From: Polyangiaceae bacterium
Lineage (GTDB): Bacteria; Myxococcota_A; Polyangia; Polyangiales; Polyangiaceae
Length of the DNA stretch: 64,000 bases
Direction: 5' to 3'
Assembly: GCA_044376115.1 (NCBI GenBank)
Contig: JBILLK010000013.1
Span: 186,736 to 250,735 of the forward strand
Shown here piece after piece: positions 10,109 through 20,053 of the stretch. Numbering within the stretch: the first letter of the stretch is position 1; every line of letters starts with the position of its first letter. The translations under genes and the position numbers were made by a program. The notes below the pieces were generated by a model that worked only from the letters and a program-made list of their open reading frames with translations, was not told where the DNA came from and did no database searches.

Positions 10109-10351
10109 TTACAATCACTTGGAGACCAAGCTCAAAGCAACGATTGAGCTCGTCTTCGACCCGGCTCTAATTACAATTGCCCACATGAACGCTCGCTGCC
10201 TACTTTGCAGCTAAAATCCATTGAATGGAATGGCTGTTCGCTCCAAGCGCATCGCCAAATGCGTTGCAATATCAAAACATTAGAACCCAGAGATCATTAC
10301 GGCTGTGAGGGCTTGCCGTTCGCTTCATGCACTGGGCGAGGATTCTGAGGA

Positions 10352-11482
10352 TCAGCTGTTTCTGCGCAAAACGAGGCGAAAGCTCTGGAGAGCAAGTGTG
10401 CAGTCCTCGAGCGTGGTTCCCTCCCCCAATGAGATGCGCACCGCCGCCCTAGCCCGCTCGCGACCGAAGCTGTGTGTGATCACGGGAGACGGTTCAGCCG
10501 TGCCGGCGCTGCAAGCCGATCCAGAGGAGACATGAACGTCCTCCAGATCGAGGGCTGCACATAGCTCGGGACCTTTCCAACCAGCAAAAGAAAGGTTCAG
10601 AACGTGAGGGGCCCGCGCGCCGCTACCAGCGTTGAGTTCACACTCGGCCAGTTCACGAAGTGCTTCGTGAAGCAGGTCGCGCAAGCGCGCCACAGCGGCG
10701 TAACGCTCGACCATCGCGGGCGCCCGGTGAAGCGCCGCCGTGAAGCCTGCACACGCGATCGGGTCTTGCGTGCCTGGCCGAACGCCGCGCTCTTGGGCTC
10801 CACCGCCGAACACCGGAGCGAGCTTGAGACCGCACTTCACCGCTAACGCCCCCACGCCTTTGGGGCCGCGCAGCTTGTGCGCCGCGACCGTAATCAGGTC
10901 GATGCCGTGAAGCAGCTCAGTGGGGAGGCGCCCGAGGTGTTGCACCGCATCGCAGTGGAGCAGCACGCCGCGAGCATCGCAAATCCGACGCGCCTCTTGA
11001 ATCGGCTGCAGCGCACCGGTCTCGTGATTGACCGCCTGCAGCGAGACCAGCTTCACCGCCGCACCGTGGGTCGCGAGAGCCTGCTCCAGCTCGGCCACGT
11101 CGATGGCGCCCGACTCGCCAGCCGAGAGCCGCACCACCGTGACTCCGCGCGCCTCCAATCGCTCGGCCGTGCGCAAGATGCTCGGATGCTCAATCGCCGA
11201 GGTGATCAGCACGGAGCGCTCGGCGAGCACGCTCTCGGTGAAGAGACCGAGCAGGGCGAGGTTGTTCGCCTCGGTGCCACCGCCGGTCAGAATGACGTCG
11301 CGCGGGTCAAAGCCCAGGAGCAGGCCGACGGCCTCGCGCGCACTCTCGATGTAGCGCCGGGCGGCCCGACCAGCGCCGTGCACGCTGGCCGGGTTGGCCC
11401 AACCGTCGCGAGCTGCGGCCGACATCGCCGAAAGAACTTCGTCGGCCGGCGGTGTTGTTGCGTTCCAGTCTAGATAGACCAC
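10352..11482 (-). CDS. iscS: Cysteine desulfurase, NifS/IscS family
   Basis: YLDWNATT, NPAS, GGTEANN, HCDAVQ, AHKLRGPKG (PLP Lys), SSGSACS (catalytic Cys). Confidence 0.88.
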   Translation of the reverse strand: MVYLDWNATTPPADEVLSAMSAAARDGWANPASVHGAGRAARRYIESAREAVGLLLGFDPRDVILTGGGTEANNLALLGLFTESVLAERSVLITSAIEHPSILRTAERLEARGVTVVRLSAGESGAIDVAELEQALATHGAAVKLVSLQAVNHETGALQPIQEARRICDARGVLLHCDAVQHLGRLPTELLHGIDLITVAAHKLRGPKGVGALAVKCGLKLAPVFGGGAQERGVRPGTQDPIACAGFTAALHRAPAMVERYAAVARLRDLLHEALRELAECELNAGSGARAPHVLNLSFAGWKGPELCAALDLEDVHVSSGSACSAGTAEPSPVITHSFGRERARAAVRISLGEGTTLEDCTLALQSFRLVLRRNS

Positions 11483-11497
11483 GCAAGGCTTTGTAGC

Positions 11498-12487
11498 ATG
11501 CTGACCATGAAGCCCACCCGCCTCGCCGCATGCTTATTCGCGGCGACGCTACCTCAACTCGGTTGCCAGTTCATTTTCGGCATCAACGAGTACGAGACCG
11601 GCGAGGGTGCGGGCGCTGCAAACCCGAGCAGCAGCGGCGGGAACGCAGGAGAGAACGCCGGGGGCAGCGGTGGCCGCGGTGGCAACGGTCCAGGGCCGGG
11701 AAGCGGTGGGGGTGGAGAAGGCGGCAGCGGTGGATCATGCAACTGTACCGACGGAGATGGCTGGACGTACGTGTCCGCGCCCCTGATCGCGGACCTCGGC
11801 TCGGAGCCCACCTCGTGCGGTGGAAAGCCGCGACTCGACCTTTACTTTGGCGAGCCGGAGTTGACGTGTTCCGCCTGCTCAGCCGTGATCGACTCGGGCA
11901 GCTGCAGCTCCACGCTCACGTGCTTCGACGACAATAATTCATGCACTGGTAATCAACCCGCACCCAGCTTGAGCACCAGTTGCCAACTGATAATCTCGGG
12001 CATCGACGTCGTTGATAGCTGCTCGGTGAGTCCACCTACCAGTGCCGGATGCAACCCAGGCACAAGCTCACTGCAAGGCACGGCTGAGCTTCGCCAAGTG
12101 CTCTCCTTCTGTCAGGGTTGCAGCGAAGACTGCGCGGCAAACGTCTGCGCCGTTCATGACGAGGCTGAAACCGTCTGCCCGGAGGGGCTCACTGAAGCCT
12201 ACCTCTTGCGAAGCGCAAGCGCAGGCACCGCCACTTGCGACGAGTGCACTGCCAACCCTTCGTGCTTACCGGCGTTCTATCTCGCGGCGCCTTTTGGCGA
12301 GTGTGACATCCCTGCTTCGGGGTGCGTCACGAACGTCTCAGGCGCGAAAAAGGCGGAAGTCTCGACCAACTGTAACTCCAATCACCCCGAGCCCTACGCT
12401 CCGACCTTCCAGCCTGGCGGAACCCAGCGGACGGTATGCTGCAGCGCGAGCCTCGACCCGGCGCTCGACGCCTATCGTTTGCCTTGA
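11498..12487 (+). CDS. Cys-rich secreted lipoprotein with Gly-rich linker
   Basis: Signal peptide ending QLGC, Gly-rich linker, many Cys. Confidence 0.65.
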   Translation: MLTMKPTRLAACLFAATLPQLGCQFIFGINEYETGEGAGAANPSSSGGNAGENAGGSGGRGGNGPGPGSGGGGEGGSGGSCNCTDGDGWTYVSAPLIADLGSEPTSCGGKPRLDLYFGEPELTCSACSAVIDSGSCSSTLTCFDDNNSCTGNQPAPSLSTSCQLIISGIDVVDSCSVSPPTSAGCNPGTSSLQGTAELRQVLSFCQGCSEDCAANVCAVHDEAETVCPEGLTEAYLLRSASAGTATCDECTANPSCLPAFYLAAPFGECDIPASGCVTNVSGAKKAEVSTNCNSNHPEPYAPTFQPGGTQRTVCCSASLDPALDAYRLP

Positions 12488-12500
12488 GAGGATCCCACGC

Positions 12501-13100
12501 ATGACGACGAAGTACGCGGTGCTACTGCTTGCGGCCTGCTCATCCAACGTTGGGGAGCTGTTCGGTGAGGCCGGCGGTGGCTCGGCCGGCAGCCCAGCGG
12601 CGGGCGGCGCGACGAGCACTGGTTCGGGCGCAAACACGAGCAACGGCGCGGGTGGTGAGGGAGCCGGACCGAGCTCCGGGTCGGGTGCCGGGTCGAGTGG
12701 AACCGGCGCAGCGACCGCCGCTGGCGGCGCTGCGGGCGCGAGCGGGACAGGTGGAGCCCCCAACGGAGGAGGCGGCAGCGCGAACACGGGCGGCGCGGGC
12801 GGCTCGCCCAACAACCCCTGCCTCACCGGCTTCGACTGTGACTCGGGAATTTGCGTCAACCAACAATGCCAAGACGGCTCGCTCGGCTCGCCTTGTTTGA
12901 CCGGCTTCGATTGTGAATCAGAGACGTGCGTCAACCAGCAATGCCAAGACGGCTCGCTCGGGTCACCGTGCCTCAGCTTCTTCGACTGCCAGTCGGAGAT
13001 CTGCGTCAACCAGCAGTGCCAAGACGGCCTACCCGGATCACCGTGTCTGAGCGACTTCGACTGCGAGTCGGAGGATTGCAACGGCAACGTGTGTAACTGA
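12501..13100 (+). CDS. Gly-rich lipoprotein with four Cys-rich 25-aa repeats
   Basis: MTTKYAVLLLAAC lipobox, GAGG RBS, repeats PCLxxFDCxSxxCVNQQCQDG. Confidence 0.75.
   Translation: MTTKYAVLLLAACSSNVGELFGEAGGGSAGSPAAGGATSTGSGANTSNGAGGEGAGPSSGSGAGSSGTGAATAAGGAAGASGTGGAPNGGGGSANTGGAGGSPNNPCLTGFDCDSGICVNQQCQDGSLGSPCLTGFDCESETCVNQQCQDGSLGSPCLSFFDCQSEICVNQQCQDGLPGSPCLSDFDCESEDCNGNVCN
12816..13097 (+). repeat. Intragenic 75-bp tandem repeat, about 3.8 copies
   Basis: Recurring tgcgtcaacca(a/g)ca(a/g)tgccaagacggc with 75-bp period. Confidence 0.85.
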
Positions 13101-13360
13101 GGCGGGCCTGCTGGGGGTGGCTCAGGGGAGCATCGACTGATTGGCTGGCGCAAACTGGTCCTAGGGGTCGCGAGGCGATCGCGTTGCTGTGTCATGTTTG
13201 TTTGGAGCGCTGCTCGACCACGCCGACAGGCGGCAAGCTTCGCCAGCGCGGTCGCTCTGCTGACCAACGCATCCCTGGAAGAAAGAGTGGCTGGAGGCAC
13301 GTCGTGGGCACGCTCGACGCTCGTGAACTCGGCGGCGGCCAAGACAAGAGCAGGCGTCTA

Positions 13361-14341
13361 CTAAAACCGACCTTCGACCCCGAGCCCCAGCGGGCCAACC
13401 CGCAACGACACCGTGGGCTCGCTCGGCTCAGCGGCCGGCTCCGAACCCGCCTCACTCGCGGCCTCCTCGTCGCCCGGCTCGGTGAGGACGATCACCAAGC
13501 CGACGGTGAAGGCCGCTGCGCCGGTGGCGAACAGCACGTTGGTTAGGTTCGCAAACAGCTCCGCCTCCGTACGAAGGTCCGAATCACAGTCACGCTGCGT
13601 CGGGCAGGTGTCCTCCAACTCGCTGCGTTTGGACCACGCAAAGCCCGTCGTCACGCCCCCGGCCAGCCCCGCCGCGATGCCAAACGCGCCCGTCGTCAAC
13701 CCGGCGATCATGCGCCCAGAGATCGGCTTGGACACAACCGTGGGCTCGGGCTCCGGCGGCTTGTCCGCGAGCGGCGGTAAGAGCACGTTGGTGAGGTCCT
13801 TCGGTTTGGCGGTGAACGGCACCTCGATCGGCAGCTTGCCCGGCGCCTCGAGCTTGACCACCTGCGGCCCCGGATCGATCGGCAGCTTGGCGCCCAGGCT
13901 GTCCTTGGTCGAGCTGATGCCGCCACGGAGAATGCTCAGCCCTTCGGGTGGATCGACCATCGAGAGACGCACATACGCAAGCTCGGGCTCGAGCTTCTTG
14001 GCCTCGCCATCGGCAAACACAGCGCGACGCTCGTCGTTGCGGCGGCGAAACTCGCGAGCGGTCTCGAGGAACTCTCCCCACGCAGTGGCGGTCTTGCCCT
14101 CGAGCCGGTGACACTCCGCGATGTTGAGCAGCGTGCCGGGCGCAGCATCGAGCCGGTAACTCTCAGCGAACATCGGGCAGGCGTCAGCGCGATTACCCTG
14201 ATCCATCATCGTGCGGGCGCGCTTGAAGAGCGCCTCCGCGGCAGCTGGATCTCGTTTGGGCTCGGCCTGCGCCCACGCCTCACCCACAGGCAACGCCATG
14301 CCCAGCCCAACCAGCATCAAAAACAATGCGCGACTAACCAT
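13361..14341 (-). CDS. TPR/PEGA-like exported protein (myxobacterial type)
   Basis: Signal peptide, AAAEALF...ACPMFAESYRLD..PGTLLNIAEC TPR-like motif, C-terminal hydrophobic segments ending GVEGRF. Confidence 0.7.
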   Translation of the reverse strand: MVSRALFLMLVGLGMALPVGEAWAQAEPKRDPAAAEALFKRARTMMDQGNRADACPMFAESYRLDAAPGTLLNIAECHRLEGKTATAWGEFLETAREFRRRNDERRAVFADGEAKKLEPELAYVRLSMVDPPEGLSILRGGISSTKDSLGAKLPIDPGPQVVKLEAPGKLPIEVPFTAKPKDLTNVLLPPLADKPPEPEPTVVSKPISGRMIAGLTTGAFGIAAGLAGGVTTGFAWSKRSELEDTCPTQRDCDSDLRTEAELFANLTNVLFATGAAAFTVGLVIVLTEPGDEEAASEAGSEPAAEPSEPTVSLRVGPLGLGVEGRF

Positions 14342-15548
14342 CGAGTTCCATCGGGGCACGTACTGCAACGCGGATCGTGAAGGCAGCGCCGGGAAGCGCG
14401 ACACCTTCAATCACTTGAGAAGAGGGGCTCTCGATGCGGACGTCTCCACCCAAGCCTCGACAGGTGCGGCGCACGATCGCCAGACCGACACCGACACCTC
14501 CCTGCTCGCGGGTGACCGAGCCATCCACTTGGATGAACGGCTCGAAGATGCGCTCGAAGTCGCCCACCGCGATGCCGCCCCCCGAATCAGCCACACACAG
14601 CTCGTAGGCGCTGGCCGTGCGTGTAACGCGGACGCCCACAGCGCCGTGTTCGGGCGTGAACTTCGCCGCGTTCTCCAGCACGTGCACCATCGCGCGTTGC
14701 AACCGATCTGGATCGCCGTAGCCGGGCAGCGGGCCGCGCGGTAGCTCCTCGACCAAGGTCTGGTTTCGCTCGGCGAAGCGATCCGCGACGCTGGCGATCG
14801 CGCGCCGGGTGGTGTCGAGGAAATCGTACTCACGCAGGGCAAAACGCAGCCGGCCGGTCTCGAGCCCAGTGACGTCGAGCAGGTTGTCGAGCACGGCGCG
14901 CAGCCGCTTTACGCAACCATCCATCGCCACCAGCGCCTTGTGCTGGCCCTTCGTCACCGGACCGAGATCCTCGTCGACGAGCAGCTTGAGGTAACCGACG
15001 ATCGGCGTCATTGGCGTGGCCAGCTCGTGGCTGATGTTGCGATAAAATTCGGTGCGGGCCAACGAAAGCTCGCGAAGTCGGGCATTGGCCGACGAGAGCT
15101 CGGCGATCTTCAGCTCGAGGTGCCCGACGATGCGCTGACTCTGCTCGCGCAGCATCTTCTCCTCGAGATCCGCCGACGAGGGCATCTCGCGAGCACCGCG
15201 CAGGTAGCGGGCGATCAAATTGGCGAAGGTGCGCGCCTCGATCGGCTTTTGGATGAAGCCGGTACAGCCAACGGCCAGGCTCGTATCGCGATCGCCCTCG
15301 GCGGTGATCGCCACGATCGGCACGCGGCCCAAGGAGGCCTCGCCGCGCAAGCGCAACGTCACTTCGAAGCCGTTGAGGCCAGGAATGTTGAGATCGACGA
15401 GCACGAGATCCGGCTTGATCGCGCAGGCGAGCCGCACGCCCTCAATACCGTCCCCGGCGTCAATGACCTCGTGGCCGGCCGAACTCAGGAGCTTGCGCAC
15501 CAAAAGGCGGTTGGCAGCATCGTCTTCGATGTGCAGGATTCGCGACAT
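14334..15548 (-). CDS. Hybrid receiver/histidine kinase
   Basis: N-terminal receiver (ILHIEDD, LVDLNIP, QKP), H-box ISHELATP, N-box ENAAKFT, DSGGGI, GVGVGL. Confidence 0.9.
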   Translation of the reverse strand: MSRILHIEDDAANRLLVRKLLSSAGHEVIDAGDGIEGVRLACAIKPDLVLVDLNIPGLNGFEVTLRLRGEASLGRVPIVAITAEGDRDTSLAVGCTGFIQKPIEARTFANLIARYLRGAREMPSSADLEEKMLREQSQRIVGHLELKIAELSSANARLRELSLARTEFYRNISHELATPMTPIVGYLKLLVDEDLGPVTKGQHKALVAMDGCVKRLRAVLDNLLDVTGLETGRLRFALREYDFLDTTRRAIASVADRFAERNQTLVEELPRGPLPGYGDPDRLQRAMVHVLENAAKFTPEHGAVGVRVTRTASAYELCVADSGGGIAVGDFERIFEPFIQVDGSVTREQGGVGVGLAIVRRTCRGLGGDVRIESPSSQVIEGVALPGAAFTIRVAVRAPMELDG

Positions 15549-17100
15549 GGTGGCGCTTGGAAAGCGGGGCCGAGCGTACCCTCCTTTGCACGGAACAGCC
15601 ACCGCCTGGTGGAGCGGCCTCACCTTGGCCGCCACGACCGGCGTTGCAGCCGGCTTCGCGCTTTCGGTCGAGGCCACTCCGATCGTGGGGCTTTTCGCGT
15701 GGGCGCCGCTATTTCTAGCGCTGCGAGGCGCAACCGCGGCGCGCGCGTTGGTTCAAGGCTGCACAGCGGGCCTGCTCTTGACGCTGATTTCGACGAGCTT
15801 CGTTTTGGACAGCGCCGCAGCCTATTTTGGTTCGGCTTTCGTCGGCGTTTTGGCGTGGACTGCGGGTTCGCTGCTGGTTTCACTCGGCGTTGGGCTCGCC
15901 TGCGCGTTGGGCTGCCTCCTCGGGCGCGCACGGCAAAGCGAGGCGCTGCTCGCATCCCTCGCCCTCACGGCGTTCGAACGCGTTTGGCCGCACCCCCTTC
16001 CCTATCCCTTCGGCATGACGCTCGTGCCGTGGGGACCGCTCGTGCGCGGCGCGGCCGTCTTCGGGGTCAGCGGGCTTTCGCTGGCGGTCTTCCTCGTCGG
16101 GGCGGCTACGGCGAGCCTCGCGCATCGGCTGCAGAATCGGCGGGCGACGCCCTCGCGTATCACCGAATTCGCAGCAGCAGCGGCGCTCGCGAGCCTGCTC
16201 GTTGGCGGTGCGTTCACGTCGTCGACGTCGCTCGCGAGCCGCCCGCTGCGCGTGCGCCTCGCGGGCTCAGCGCGACCAGCCGAGCAAGCGACGGCATCGG
16301 TGACCGGCCCGAGCGAGCCGCAACCCATCGACCTTTTGGTGCTGCCCGAATCCACCTTCGAGCAGACGTTGGCGGCCGAAGACCTCGGCCCGCTGGTGGA
16401 AGCGTTGCTCGGGCCGGAGCACCCTGCGGTGCTGGTTGGCAGCTCGGTGCGGGAAGGCGGCAGCACCTTCAACCGCGCGCTGCTCGTGGTGCCCGGCGGC
16501 GCAATGCGCCGTTACGACAAGCGTCAACTGCTGCCTTTCGCCGAACGCGGCGTGCCTTTCGCGAGCAGCGCCGACTACACGCCGGGCGAGCGAGCCGAGA
16601 TCATGAGCGTCGAGGGGACGCCTTTTGCGACGAGCATTTGTTACGAGAGCCTGTTTGGCGAACCGACGCGCGCAGCGTTACGCAGGGTGAACGGCCGCTT
16701 CCTCGTGAACCTGGCGAACGACGGCTGGTTCAACGACGCACGCCCAATCGAGGCGCAAATTCGCGCGTTGCAACTGCGCGCGATCGAAAACGGCGTACCG
16801 GTCGTGCGCGCGGCCCGTCAGGGCGTGAGTGTGGCCATCGCTGCCGACGGCACCCTGGCGGCGCGCTCCTCGCGCGGTGAGGACCTCGACGTGGAGCTGA
16901 GTCCGCAGGCGGCGGGTACGCTCTATGCGCGCTTCGGCGATGGGCCGCTACTACTTGCGGGGACCCTGCTCGTCGGCTGGCTGATCCGCCAGAGGTGGAT
17001 ACAGCAAACAGCTCGACGAGCGAACCGACTCTCGGCGGAAGGCCCGCAGCTCCTTGGAAGGGAGCGCCAGCCGAACGTCGGTCAGGCGGGGGTTTTGTAA
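15547..17100 (+). CDS. lnt: Apolipoprotein N-acyltransferase
   Basis: Multi-TM N-terminus; nitrilase triad VLPES, YDKRQLLPFAE, ICYE; NDGWF, RAIEN; start uncertain. Confidence 0.8.
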   Translation: MVALGKRGRAYPPLHGTATAWWSGLTLAATTGVAAGFALSVEATPIVGLFAWAPLFLALRGATAARALVQGCTAGLLLTLISTSFVLDSAAAYFGSAFVGVLAWTAGSLLVSLGVGLACALGCLLGRARQSEALLASLALTAFERVWPHPLPYPFGMTLVPWGPLVRGAAVFGVSGLSLAVFLVGAATASLAHRLQNRRATPSRITEFAAAAALASLLVGGAFTSSTSLASRPLRVRLAGSARPAEQATASVTGPSEPQPIDLLVLPESTFEQTLAAEDLGPLVEALLGPEHPAVLVGSSVREGGSTFNRALLVVPGGAMRRYDKRQLLPFAERGVPFASSADYTPGERAEIMSVEGTPFATSICYESLFGEPTRAALRRVNGRFLVNLANDGWFNDARPIEAQIRALQLRAIENGVPVVRAARQGVSVAIAADGTLAARSSRGEDLDVELSPQAAGTLYARFGDGPLLLAGTLLVGWLIRQRWIQQTARRANRLSAEGPQLLGRERQPNVGQAGVL

Positions 17101-17726
17101 GCCTTCTTGAAGCGCTTGGCGTCCGCGAACATGTCGTCATTCGTGAACACGTAGGTCGCGAACTCGTGTTTGGCGTTGCGGGCGAGCTCAGCCAACCGCT
17201 CGATCGCCGGGTCTTCGTAGCGAGACTTGCGACCAGCAGGGCCGTGAAGCCGGTAGTAGGCCTCCTTCAGCTTGGAGATGCCTTGCGTCAGCGGATCCCG
17301 CGAGGAAAGAGCGCCGACCTCGTGCGCGAGGTTGTCACACTCATCCGAGTCCCAGCCGGGGCCGGGCTCAAAAACCACCCGCTCGAACCGCTTTTTGACC
17401 GAGGCCAAAAACTCCTGCAGCGTGGCCTTGTTGGCGCGGTTCTGTTGGAACTCGGGCGGACCGATGAAAACCGCCGTCTTCGCGTTGAGCTCGGTGCCGA
17501 TGCCTTCCAACGTCTTCAAAGCAGTTTCGATGACCTTTCCGCCTCGAAACCCTTCCTGACCGATGTCCCTCGCACCCAGCAGAGCGAAATTGAAGTCGCC
17601 CGGCGCCTCGCGCTTCCAACGCCGAACTGTTCCCTGCCCAGGCGTTTCCTGGACTTCGACGAACATGAACTCTTTGAAGTAACGCGTTGGCGGGACCGGA
17701 AACCCAGCGCACCCGACCATTATCAT
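17082..17726 (-). CDS. DUF72 family protein
   Basis: MVGCAGF, VEVQ, PPEF, FEP, YYRLHG, FTNDDMFADA pattern. Confidence 0.75.
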   Translation of the reverse strand: MIMVGCAGFPVPPTRYFKEFMFVEVQETPGQGTVRRWKREAPGDFNFALLGARDIGQEGFRGGKVIETALKTLEGIGTELNAKTAVFIGPPEFQQNRANKATLQEFLASVKKRFERVVFEPGPGWDSDECDNLAHEVGALSSRDPLTQGISKLKEAYYRLHGPAGRKSRYEDPAIERLAELARNAKHEFATYVFTNDDMFADAKRFKKAYKTPA

Positions 17727-17781
17727 TGTGCGTCGCACCTTACTGCACATCGCGGCGAAGAACAAACGACTCGTGCAGCGA

Positions 17782-19257
17782 TCATCGACTGACAGCCCCT
17801 CCCCGCTTCGACTTGCGAGCGGTTCCTGCGGCGGGTGGTGGCTTCAAGCGAGAAGCCTCGCGCTTCTTCACTAGCCGGTCATGCCGCTTACTGACGAGCG
17901 CCTCGGCCTCGCCGGTGCCCTCACGTAACACCAACAGCGCTCGGTCGAAGTCTTTGGCGTGATGCTCGTAAAGCTTCACGAGCTCTTTGCGCACCGCACG
18001 CGTGGCGAGCGAAAGCGGCTGGTCGAGCGGGTCCTCGTCGCGCAACAAGGCAGCCAACGCCTGTTCATAGCGGTGAAGCGCGGCCGCCTTGTCACCACGG
18101 GTACGTGCGACCTCTGCGGCTACCGAGAGCGCGCCGCCCGAGGCGCTCTTCTCCAGCGCGACGCTCGACCAGCTTGCTGCGCGTTCAACCGCTCGTACTT
18201 TGGACCGAGCTTCATCGGGAAGCGCCGCGTCCTCCGCGCGTTGCTCCCCGAACTTTTCGCGCAGCGCGCGCGTACCGACGATCTTGTTGGCCACGCGCGC
18301 AGCCATCGCCAGATCCTCCGGGTGGACGCCCTGCTCGAGCGCCTCACCGTAAAGGCCCACCAGACTGATCATGCTCAGCACGTCGAGCTCGTTGTGCTCG
18401 AGCACACCGGCCAGCACGTCCCCGTCCCCAGTGCGCACGTAGTGCCAATAGATCGCCGCGATCTCAGCGCCCTCGACGTCGCCCACGCGATCACGCCCGA
18501 GCACCTGTGACTCGATGCTCTTGAGCGAACAGGAGCTGAGCCGATGGCGGTGGAGCCTGCGAGCCACATGCAACAAATCCAAATGCACCGGCTCGGAGAG
18601 CGGCCTCACCCGATTGAGCACCGCCCGCGAACGAAGCAGCGGCAAATCGAAGGTTTTGCCGTTGTAGGTGATGACGCAGCTGGCCGCGCGCAGCCGCCGT
18701 TCGAGGTGCAGCAACATCGCTCGCTCTTCAGCGAAGGTCCGCAACAGCACCTGCTCGACCACGAAGTGTTCACCCTCGTGGTACGCGAGCCCGAGCAGAA
18801 ACGGCACCGTCCCGGTTCCGCCCATCAGCCCGGTGGTCTCGGTGTCGAGGTAAAGCGCGCGGCTGAAATCCGTCTCGGCGAGGCCCGGCTCGAGCGCGAG
18901 CAACGCGAGAATGGTTGGGTCCGCCTGCAAGGCGCCCCAGAGCGGCGCGTGGCCCACGCGATGGCTCAGCGGAGCTTTGCGACGACGTACAAACAGCCGC
19001 TCGTCTTCTTCGCCCACAGTCTCGTAGGCAAACTCGACCAGCGCCTCGCTGACGAAGGGCAGCACCTCTTCGGTATCGGTGCGCTCGGCGTAGGGCTGAT
19101 CTTCATCGAGCAGGCCGGGGTTGGGCTGCAACAAGCTCTGAATGCGCTCGCGCAAGGCCTGCAACGTGGGCACGTTGGGCTTGCTGTTTGGGCCAGCCTC
19201 TTTGAGGGGCGGAAGCGCCTCCAGCTTGCTCGCGAACTTGGACACCTTACCAGCCAT
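17782..19257 (-). CDS. yprB: YprB/MrfB-like RNase H-fold (DEDD) exonuclease with helical C-terminus
   Basis: LYLDTETTGL.GGTGT, TYNGKTFDLP, HLDLLH.ARR, HNELD, KLYEH. Confidence 0.8.
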   Translation of the reverse strand: MAGKVSKFASKLEALPPLKEAGPNSKPNVPTLQALRERIQSLLQPNPGLLDEDQPYAERTDTEEVLPFVSEALVEFAYETVGEEDERLFVRRRKAPLSHRVGHAPLWGALQADPTILALLALEPGLAETDFSRALYLDTETTGLMGGTGTVPFLLGLAYHEGEHFVVEQVLLRTFAEERAMLLHLERRLRAASCVITYNGKTFDLPLLRSRAVLNRVRPLSEPVHLDLLHVARRLHRHRLSSCSLKSIESQVLGRDRVGDVEGAEIAAIYWHYVRTGDGDVLAGVLEHNELDVLSMISLVGLYGEALEQGVHPEDLAMAARVANKIVGTRALREKFGEQRAEDAALPDEARSKVRAVERAASWSSVALEKSASGGALSVAAEVARTRGDKAAALHRYEQALAALLRDEDPLDQPLSLATRAVRKELVKLYEHHAKDFDRALLVLREGTGEAEALVSKRHDRLVKKREASRLKPPPAAGTARKSKRGGAVSR

Positions 19258-19330
19258 GCACGGCCGGCTAGAGTGATGGGATGTTCAGGTCCCGTCAACA
19301 GAGAAGGCTGGGATCCCTGCGGCTCTCGTC

Positions 19331-19939
19331 TCAATAGAATTGGACGCAGCAAGAGTCCTGCATCACGCAGCCGACTTCAGCCGTGTCCTGGCACGTGCCG
19401 AGCTCAACCTCGTCGACGAAGCAACGGCAGCTGAAGGTGAAGTCTGCGTTCTCTTCGCATTCAATCGAGGCGGCTTGCCCGTTGAGACATTGACCGGTGC
19501 TGCCGCAACCTGAACCGCCACCCGTGAACACCGAAGACGTACACAAGGTCGGGGAGTGTTTGGCAAGACAAGAACTCACCGACGCAGCCTCCGCCACGCA
19601 GACGTCGTCAGGAGCGTCGCAAACCTCGTCGAAGTACGGAGTCCGACACTCAACCGCGGCGTTCAACTCCTCGAGGCAATTTTTCTCGACAGCGTTGCAG
19701 TACTTGACGCAATCCGGGGTCGCACACACCGGAAGCTCGCACGCCTGCTCGCACAGCGTCGGCCCCGAGCCACCGTCCCCAACGCTCCCACCCTCACTGG
19801 CTTGCCCGCCGGAGCCGGAGCCGCCGGCTCCACCGCCTCCAGCGTCAACGAGCACGTCGCTTGAGCAGCTTGCAAGAGCCCAGCTGCATAAAAGAAGAAG
19901 GCCGAAACGGACGATTTGGCTGTGCTCACTCGCGCGCAT
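19331..19939 (-). CDS. Cys-rich lipoprotein
   Basis: LASC lipobox, Gly linker, many Cys. Confidence 0.65.
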   Translation of the reverse strand: MRASEHSQIVRFGLLLLCSWALASCSSDVLVDAGGGGAGGSGSGGQASEGGSVGDGGSGPTLCEQACELPVCATPDCVKYCNAVEKNCLEELNAAVECRTPYFDEVCDAPDDVCVAEAASVSSCLAKHSPTLCTSSVFTGGGSGCGSTGQCLNGQAASIECEENADFTFSCRCFVDEVELGTCQDTAEVGCVMQDSCCVQFY

Positions 19940-20053
19940 GCCGACGATCTAGTCGACCCGCCGACGTCACGAGAAGCGGTAGAATGCACCGCAGCCGCAA
20001 AAGCGATGTCCTGGACTTCACGCTGTTCGGTCCAAACAGAGTGGCACGCTTCG

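Noticed and set aside
14940..16880. 646-aa plus-strand ORF and the 5' extension of lnt to 15220
   Set aside because: Arg/Ala-rich off-frame sequence overlapping the kinase and lnt.
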